DNA from: an uncultured Bacteroides sp.
GTDB taxonomy: Bacteria > Bacteroidota > Bacteroidia > Bacteroidales > SM23-62
Direction of reading: 5' to 3'
Length of the DNA stretch: 64,000 bases
Assembly (NCBI GenBank): GCA_964431315.1
Contig: CAYSJH010000020.1
Location: forward strand, 1,226 to 65,225
In this document: positions 58,425 through 64,000 of the stretch, in pieces
Layout: each line of letters starts with the position of its first letter
Position numbering within the stretch: position 1 is the stretch's first letter
Notes under the pieces: generated by a model
Databases searched by the model: none
What the model was told of the DNA's origin: nothing
Seen by the model: the letters and a program-made list of their open reading frames with translations, nothing else
Made by a program: the position numbers and the translations under genes

Positions 58425-59372
58425 ATGGAGATCGTATTTCTGGATAAAAAAACCATCGGGGAAGTAAGCAATTTTACCATGTTACATAAACTGGGTAATG
58501 TCGAGGTTTTCGATCAAACGGATCCGTCGGAGGTTGTTCCCCGGGCCAGCGGGAAGGAGGTGGTTATTACCAATAAGGTACCCCTTACCAGGGAAACCCT
58601 GGATGCCCTTCCCGGATTAAAACTCATTTGCGTGGCCGCCACCGGAACAAATAATATTGATCTTAAATATGCCCAGGAAAAAGGAATCCAGGTCAGAAAC
58701 GTAAAATCCTATTCCACGGAAAGTGTGGCCCAGTCCACGTTTGCCATGCTGCTTCACCTGCTTAACCGGATGTCCTATTACGAGGCTTATGTAAAATCCG
58801 GTGCCTATTCAAAAGGCAAGATATTCACCCATCATGGACCAGCCTTCTGGGAACTGAGCGGAAAACGGATGGGGATAGTGGGACTCGGAAACATTGGCAG
58901 GAAGGTGGCCAGGATCGCCGAAAGCTTCGGAATGGAGGTTGTTTTTTACTCCACCACCGGGAGAAATAATAACATCAATTACAAGCGGTTTGACCTCGAT
59001 ACGCTCCTTGCCACCTCGGATGTGGTTTCCATACATGCCCCGCTGTCAGAATCCACGCAGAACCTGATTACCTATGAGAAAATCAGACTCATGCGTCCCT
59101 GCGCCATTCTCCTGAACACAGGCAGGGGAGGCATCGTTAACGAAGCCGGCCTTGCCAGGGCCCTGAATGAGAACCTCATCGGAGCCGCCGGCATCGATGT
59201 TCTCCTGGAAGAGCCGATAAGACCCGACAATCCCCTTATGCGGGTGGTAGACAAGCAAAAAATACTGATCACGCCCCATATGGCATGGGCAAGCATGGAA
59301 TCCAGGGCACGTCTCATCGAGGGCATTGCACGAAACATCGAACAGTACAAACAGGATCAGGCGGCCGACTGA
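58425..59372 (+). CDS. D-isomer-specific 2-hydroxyacid dehydrogenase (glycerate/hydroxypyruvate reductase-like)
   Basis: NAD fold GIVGLGNIGRKVARIA and catalytic region LNTGRGGIV...TPHMAWAS. Confidence 0.85.
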   Translation: MEIVFLDKKTIGEVSNFTMLHKLGNVEVFDQTDPSEVVPRASGKEVVITNKVPLTRETLDALPGLKLICVAATGTNNIDLKYAQEKGIQVRNVKSYSTESVAQSTFAMLLHLLNRMSYYEAYVKSGAYSKGKIFTHHGPAFWELSGKRMGIVGLGNIGRKVARIAESFGMEVVFYSTTGRNNNINYKRFDLDTLLATSDVVSIHAPLSESTQNLITYEKIRLMRPCAILLNTGRGGIVNEAGLARALNENLIGAAGIDVLLEEPIRPDNPLMRVVDKQKILITPHMAWASMESRARLIEGIARNIEQYKQDQAAD

Positions 59373-59430
59373 TACCACCCTGACACACTCTTTCCGGACG
59401 GACGGAACATACTGCCTGCATATGGGTGTT

Positions 59431-59502
59431 AACCTTCAGGCTAGTGCTACCCTGCAGGCGAGTGCTAACCTTCAGGCGAGTGCTGCCCTGCAGGCCAGTG
59501 CT
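59431..59502. repeat. 4 x 18-bp (2 x 36-bp) tandem repeat in a convergent intergenic region
   Basis: Units in order: aaccttcaggctagtgct, accctgcaggcgagtgct, aaccttcaggcgagtgct, gccctgcaggccagtgct. Alternate units carry the palindrome CCTGCAGG. Confidence 0.85.
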
Positions 59503-59519
59503 AAGGTTGATTATTTTGG

Positions 59520-60473
59520 TTAGGTCCCGGTAACAGTTGCACCTGCTTTTTCAAGCAGGGCCTTGGTGGCCTTTATCCCGTCCGCTTCGCTCAGCCTGCC
59601 ACCTTCATACTCGATGCCTATATGCCCGGTGTAACCGGCATCCTTAACGATTTTCAGCATCCTGAAGTAATCGATGGTGGTCTCGTTCCCTTCGTCATCG
59701 AAATCGTAGGATTTGGCGCTGACCCCCTTCGCCCAGGGCATCATTTCCTCCGTTCCCAGGTAACGGTCGTATTCTTCATCGGGACTGATCCTGAAGTTCC
59801 CGAAATCCGGCAGGGTTCCGCAGAGCGGGTGATCGGTCATCTTCATTACCCCGGTGAGCCACTTTCCGTTGGATGAGAGGCCCCCGTGGTTCTCAACGAT
59901 CACATTCAACCCGTAATCCTCCGCGAATTCACACAGGCTTCTGAGACCCTCCGAGGCAAGCTTCATTTGTTCTTCCCAGCTGCCCTTACTGCGCGCATTG
60001 ACTCGAATGGAATGGCAGCCCAGGAACTTTGCAGCTTCCACCCATTTGTAATGGTTCTGGACGGCCCGGGTACGCTGTTCCTCATCAGGATCTCCCAGGT
60101 CGCCTTCCGAATCCACCATGATCAGCATGCTTTTCACGCCTTCTCCGTCACACCTGTTCTTCAGCTCGGTCATAAAATTTTTATCTCCGGTCTTGTGAAA
60201 AAAGAAAGTATTCACGTATTCCACCGCATCGATCCCGTAAAGATTGCGGGCCATGATGGGGAAGTCCAGCGGATCGCCCGTGGCATCCGTGTAATGGTCA
60301 TTATCCCAGCGTTTCAGGGTTCTGTTCAGGGACCACTCGGCGAGGGAGATTGAAAAGAACAATGGTGCGGGACCGTTACAGGCTGCCAGGAGCCCGGGCA
60401 TCAAGCCTGATGCAGCAACTCCGGCACCGATCCCAGCCATGTTCCGGATGAATTTTCTTCTGCTTTTTTCCAT
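59520..60473 (-). CDS. TAT-exported sugar phosphate isomerase/epimerase (xylose-isomerase-like TIM barrel)
   Basis: Twin-arginine signal SRRKFIRNMAGIGAGVAA. TIM-barrel AP-endonuclease-2 family resemblance. Confidence 0.75.
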   Translation of the reverse strand: MEKSRRKFIRNMAGIGAGVAASGLMPGLLAACNGPAPLFFSISLAEWSLNRTLKRWDNDHYTDATGDPLDFPIMARNLYGIDAVEYVNTFFFHKTGDKNFMTELKNRCDGEGVKSMLIMVDSEGDLGDPDEEQRTRAVQNHYKWVEAAKFLGCHSIRVNARSKGSWEEQMKLASEGLRSLCEFAEDYGLNVIVENHGGLSSNGKWLTGVMKMTDHPLCGTLPDFGNFRISPDEEYDRYLGTEEMMPWAKGVSAKSYDFDDEGNETTIDYFRMLKIVKDAGYTGHIGIEYEGGRLSEADGIKATKALLEKAGATVTGT

Positions 60474-60489
60474 CGGTTTATTGTTTTAT

Positions 60490-60528
60490 AAATTAAAGAA
60501 GAGGCTGAATGTCCCCGGACATTCAGCC
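60490..60528 (-). terminator. rho-independent terminator downstream of the DUF1080 gene
   Basis: Perfect inverted repeat ggctgaatgtcc/ggacattcagcc (60503-60528). On the minus strand it is followed by TCTTCTTTAATTT. Confidence 0.6.
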
Positions 60529-60560
60529 CCTGTCGACAGTTCATCCTTTTCTCCGGATGA

Positions 60561-61352
60561 CTAGAGTTCTCTTAGTTTGATATTCCGGAACCATACGGCA
60601 TGTCCATGGTCTTGCAGGCAGATGTAACCCTCGTGTGCAACGTTAGCAAAATCCGGATTGAATTCGGGGAATTTGCTGCCTGAAATCAGTGCCTTCCATT
60701 CGGGCGTCCACAGGTGGTATTCGAGTACGGTCTCCCCGTTCATCTTGTGGAAAACGGATCCGTCGTAAACGATGATTTCCGCAGAGTTCCATTCCATGGC
60801 ACCTTTGGCATTCTGGGGGACGGGGGCGATAAGATCGTAAAGGGACCCTGCACGCCTGTTGCCGTCCTTGCCTGCGAAGTTGTCCGGGTGGTTTGAGTTA
60901 TTATCCAGGAGCTGGTATTCGGGAGCGGTATACCAGATGGCTTCCCCGGGAATTTCCTGTCCCAGGTAGAATATCCCCGAATTCCCTCCCTCTTCGATCA
61001 TCCATTCCAGTTTCAGGTGAAAATTCCTGAATTTCTTGTCATATAGTATATCTCCACCGAACCCGGCCTCTCCCGTACCCGAGTGTAGGCATTTCAGGGT
61101 TCCATCTTCCACGACCCATCCGGAATCCGGGAAGGCTTTCTTATTATAACCCCTCCAGCCGTTGGTTGTCTTGCCATCAAAAAGCAGTATCCAGCCTTCA
61201 TCAGTCTCGGACTGTGTCAGCTGGTTGGGCCCTGCCGACTCGATTGCGGCCTTTTCACCGGATCCGCCTGATTTGGATTTACAATTGATCAGAATCATGC
61301 TGCTCGCCACAACCAGTGCCAGGAACACGAAGAGAAAACGAAAAATTTTCAT
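60561..61352 (-). CDS. DUF1080 (3-keto-disaccharide hydrolase-like) secreted protein
   Basis: Lipoprotein-like signal (LINC). DGWxxLFDGK...WRGY N-terminal motif. C-terminus ICLQDHGHAVWFRNIKLREL, typical of DUF1080. ATG 61352 is preferred. Confidence 0.75.
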   Translation of the reverse strand: MKIFRFLFVFLALVVASSMILINCKSKSGGSGEKAAIESAGPNQLTQSETDEGWILLFDGKTTNGWRGYNKKAFPDSGWVVEDGTLKCLHSGTGEAGFGGDILYDKKFRNFHLKLEWMIEEGGNSGIFYLGQEIPGEAIWYTAPEYQLLDNNSNHPDNFAGKDGNRRAGSLYDLIAPVPQNAKGAMEWNSAEIIVYDGSVFHKMNGETVLEYHLWTPEWKALISGSKFPEFNPDFANVAHEGYICLQDHGHAVWFRNIKLREL

Positions 61353-61441
61353 TTGGATTGATATTTTTGAATTTGGTGATGTGTAAAAATACATATCCTG
61401 TTCTCATTTTACAATAGGGAAAACTTATATATTTTTATTCC

Positions 61442-62149
61442 ATGGTATTTGATCGTCTGCTATCTTCCATCGACGGCGGGGATGTTCTTGACGTAGGCTG
61501 TGGAGCGGGACAGTTTACGGAGATTCTCGTAAAATCACTGAAATCATTCACTTCGGTAACCGGGGTCGATGTGGATGCGAACAGCATGGAGGAGGCACGA
61601 AAGAAACATCCCGGTCCCGCGTTCCGTTTCCTGCAGGTTTCAGCGGGAACGCTTCCCCTTGATGAGGAAAGTTTTAGCCTTGTGGCCATATCGAAGGCTT
61701 TGCACCATGTCCAGGACCCTGAGCTGATGCTAATGGAAATGAAACGGGTCCTGCGGAAGGGTGGATATTTCCTGATCAATGAGATGCACCGGGACCAGTT
61801 GACAGATGCCCAGCAGTCCCATGTGCTTTACCACCACCTTCGCTCCGAGGTGGACAAACTACTGGGGATCAGCCATAATCATACCTTTCGCAGGTCGGAC
61901 CTGATCAGGCTGGCTGACGGGCTTGGACTGAGAGACAGGGTGATGGTGGAATTCAGTCCGGACCCGGGAAGTGCAAAGGATCCTTCCCGCATCGAGGAAT
62001 TCAACCGTAAAATGGATGGGTGGCTGACTATGCTTGAAGGGCATCCCGCAAAGATGAAAATCGCAGCCCGGGTGGACACCCTTAAGGAACGGTTCCGCCG
62101 TGCCGGCATTAGCCGTGCTCCCCAGATGGTAATCCTCGGCAGAAAATAA
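61442..62149 (+). CDS. class I SAM-dependent methyltransferase
   Basis: Motif I VLDVGCGAGQFT. Confidence 0.75.
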   Translation: MVFDRLLSSIDGGDVLDVGCGAGQFTEILVKSLKSFTSVTGVDVDANSMEEARKKHPGPAFRFLQVSAGTLPLDEESFSLVAISKALHHVQDPELMLMEMKRVLRKGGYFLINEMHRDQLTDAQQSHVLYHHLRSEVDKLLGISHNHTFRRSDLIRLADGLGLRDRVMVEFSPDPGSAKDPSRIEEFNRKMDGWLTMLEGHPAKMKIAARVDTLKERFRRAGISRAPQMVILGRK

Positions 62150-62199
62150 CCTTCCCTCCATATATGCAAATTTTGTAACTTGACGCAAAACATCCTGCC

Positions 62200-62712
62200 A
62201 TGAAAGCTGTAAGTATTATTTCCATCGTTTACGGAACCCTGGGACTGATCTGGGCCACCCTGATAACCTTAATGACCCGTCTTTATACAGCCCTGTTTGA
62301 AAATTTCCCATGGCCCACTGAAGTCTATGAATTTATCGATGTACCCTTTTTGCTTGACAAGGTTTATTCGGTGATAGGCACCGTTTTCCCGTTTATATTC
62401 CTGATAGCCGTGCTGTACATCATATCCGGCATCCTCCAGCTTTCAGGGAAATCCTCTTATAAGAATTTGGCCTATGCGGCCGCCGTACTGAATATCATAT
62501 GGTATATCGCATACGTGGTGCTTATGCAAATGGAAATCGTGCCTGTCCTGAATTCTCTCGAGATGTTCCCTAAAAACCTGATGAATGTCCTGGTAATGGT
62601 CGGTATGCTCATAAATGGAGTGTTCTATTGCGGTTACCCGGTATTCCTGATCATTTATATCAGCCGAGGGGGAAAGGCATGGGATACCCTCGATACCGGA
62701 TATAACTCCTGA
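62200..62712 (+). CDS. hypothetical membrane protein (about 4 TM)
   Basis: 170-aa ORF with four hydrophobic segments. No family recognised. Confidence 0.5.
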   Translation: MKAVSIISIVYGTLGLIWATLITLMTRLYTALFENFPWPTEVYEFIDVPFLLDKVYSVIGTVFPFIFLIAVLYIISGILQLSGKSSYKNLAYAAAVLNIIWYIAYVVLMQMEIVPVLNSLEMFPKNLMNVLVMVGMLINGVFYCGYPVFLIIYISRGGKAWDTLDTGYNS

Positions 62713-62744
62713 GCCCTGGCCATCAATAATTTTTCCCCAATTTA

Positions 62745-62771
62745 ATACATTGTATTTCACTACAATAGTGA
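62745..62771. promoter_or_regulatory. candidate BlaI-family operator: TACA-T-TGTA dyad followed by a perfect 7-3-7 palindrome TTCACTAcaaTAGTGAA
   Basis: Read directly at 62745-62753 and 62755-62771, about 100 nt upstream of the blaI-like ATG in an AT-rich intergenic region. TACA/TGTA half-sites are the classical BlaI/MecI operator core. Confidence 0.45.
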
Positions 62772-62834
62772 ATTAATTTATTTTTTTAGTTGATTAAACT
62801 TAAAAATAAGTTTGTAGAACTAAAAAATAAATTA

Positions 62835-62842
62835 TAATTTTG
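62835..62842 (+). promoter_or_regulatory. candidate -7 promoter box TAATTTTG (TAnnTTTG) for blaI-blaR1
   Basis: About 28 nt upstream of the ATG at 62871. Confidence 0.4.
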
Positions 62843-62870
62843 ATCCGTTGTAACTTAAAAAGCTTATCAG

Positions 62871-63248
62871 ATGGTAACCCTGACAAAAGCGGAAGAAAGG
62901 ATCATGCAGATCCTGTGGGACATCGAAAAAGGATTCATCAAGGATATCCAGGAACATTTCCCGAAACCAAGGCCCCCTTACAACACCATCTCGACGATTG
63001 TGAGGGTCCTGGTGAAGAAGGAAATCGTATCCTATAAATCCTATGGCGGGTCCTACCAGTATTACCCGCTGATTTCGAGGGAACAATACCGGAGTGAGCA
63101 GATGGGCCGACTGATGAAAAATTATTTCGGTAATTCCCTGAAAGAAGTGGTGCATTTTTTCTCGGAGAAGCGGGACCTCGGTGTGGATGAGCTTGATGAA
63201 ACGCTGAGAATGCTCGAGGAATTGAAGAAAAAGAAGAGGAACGGATAA
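62871..63248 (+). CDS. BlaI/MecI/CopY-family winged-helix transcriptional repressor
   Basis: LTKAEERIMQILWD...YNTISTIVRVLVKKEIVSY matches the penicillinase-repressor family. Followed by a BlaR1-like gene. Confidence 0.85.
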   Translation: MVTLTKAEERIMQILWDIEKGFIKDIQEHFPKPRPPYNTISTIVRVLVKKEIVSYKSYGGSYQYYPLISREQYRSEQMGRLMKNYFGNSLKEVVHFFSEKRDLGVDELDETLRMLEELKKKKRNG

Positions 63249-63292
63249 TCCAAAGAGGAACGGATAATCCAAAGAGGAACGGATAATCCCCA
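63236..63292. repeat. 3 x 19-bp tandem repeat (gaggaacggataatccaaa) spanning the blaI-like stop codon
   Basis: Copies at 63236-63254, 63255-63273 and 63274-63292 (the last is slightly divergent). The first copy contains the TAA stop (63246-63248). Confidence 0.85.
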
Positions 63293-63370
63293 AAGCAAAG
63301 GATAATTCATGAATGAGGGGAAAGTCCGCAATGGTGGAGGGAAATTCATTTTAAAGCCGAAAAAGAAAGA

Positions 63371-64000
63371 ATGATGGTCTGGTTTATGGTATATCTTCTT
63401 GAAACGGGACTCTGCCTGTCCCTGCTGTACCTGGCATACTGGTTGTTCCTGAGGAAGGAGACCTATTTCAATTTCAACCGTGCCTTTCTTACGGGAAGCA
63501 TTCTCCTGGCCCTTACAGTCCCCCTTCTCCATCTGAATTTCATCATCCCCCAGGGCAGTTCATTCGAGAACCCGGCACTGAGGATCGTGAAATTCCGGAA
63601 TTACTATCAGGAGCTGATCCGGATGAGCGATGCGGATTTCGGTGCCGAGCCCGGGAGGAGACATGGCCTTGCAGGCAGAACCGCCGATCTGTCTGCCGGA
63701 TCGCCTGAAGAAATACCCGCCGGAGAAGCAGAACTTGGCAGAATGCCTCGTCCGGGGGATTCAGGGCAGCCTGCAAAGCCCGGAACTGTTCCCGGAGCCC
63801 GGAGGATCTCGGCAGCACAGCTGATCCTTATATTATATATAACGGGAGTAATTTACTTTTTTGCCCGGTTCCTTTACCTGTTGATCCGTCTCGGCCTCCT
63901 GGCAACAAGGAACGGTGTTACCCGACAGGGGGACTTCCGGGTCGTCGAGATAAAAGAGGATATTTCCCCGTTCTCCTTCTTCCGCTTTTTGTTCATCAAC
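63371..64000 (+). CDS. BlaR1-like M56-family signal transducer/peptidase, 3' end outside window
   Basis: Not in the ORF track because it runs off the window. I translated it by hand from ATG 63371: MMVWFMVYLLETGLCLSLLYLAYWLFLRKETYFNFNRAFL...ISPFSFFRFLFIN. This is the typical Bacteroidota BlaR1 N-terminus, open to position 64000. Confidence 0.75.
   Translation, partial: MMVWFMVYLLETGLCLSLLYLAYWLFLRKETYFNFNRAFLTGSILLALTVPLLHLNFIIPQGSSFENPALRIVKFRNYYQELIRMSDADFGAEPGRRHGLAGRTADLSAGSPEEIPAGEAELGRMPRPGDSGQPAKPGTVPGARRISAAQLILILYITGVIYFFARFLYLLIRLGLLATRNGVTRQGDFRVVEIKEDISPFSFFRFLFIN

Noticed and set aside
59431-59502. Possible CRISPR array
   Set aside because: The repeats are only 18 bp and directly abutting with no spacers. 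There are only four units and no cas genes in the window.

Overview
The window looks like a gene-dense, moderately GC-rich chromosomal segment of a Bacteroidota-type bacterium. Supporting this: the ribH-TPR-recF-DUF721 and pyrG-yidC neighbourhoods, DUF349, a BlaI/BlaR1 pair, and TAnnTTTG -7 promoter boxes 12-30 nt upstream of several genes. I support about 52 protein genes and one tRNA-Arg(UCU), and I see no transposase, integrase, CRISPR array or rRNA. Most genes are housekeeping (mnmA, trmD, pyrG, yidC, ribH, recF, ndk, nrnA-like, FKBP isomerases, nhaA). The stand-out is a compact minus-strand operon, aprB-aprA-qmoA-qmoB-qmoC plus a sixth translationally coupled 6-TM gene (2874-10514). This is the dissimilatory APS reductase / Qmo electron-transfer module of sulfate reducers and some sulfur oxidisers, in an unexpected phylum context. 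It lies about 5 kb from an assimilatory Fe-S type CysH. Other notable items:
- an AmgK-like kinase fused to a RapZ C-terminal domain, next to murU
- a 2-TM K+ channel with a ~480-aa pentapeptide-repeat N-terminus
- two tandem fused LeuC+LeuD-like aconitase paralogs next to a PanE-like reductase
- a BepA-like protein with a destroyed HExxH motif
- an AddA-like helicase whose Walker A motif lies upstream of any canonical start codon
- a 7 x 24-bp tandem repeat in the 5' end of a GT39 glycosyltransferase ORF
- several short tandem or 3'-end duplications, and a BlaI-type operator candidate
All functional calls rest on motif recognition by eye, with no database searches, so family assignments are good but subfamily and function assignments are inferences.
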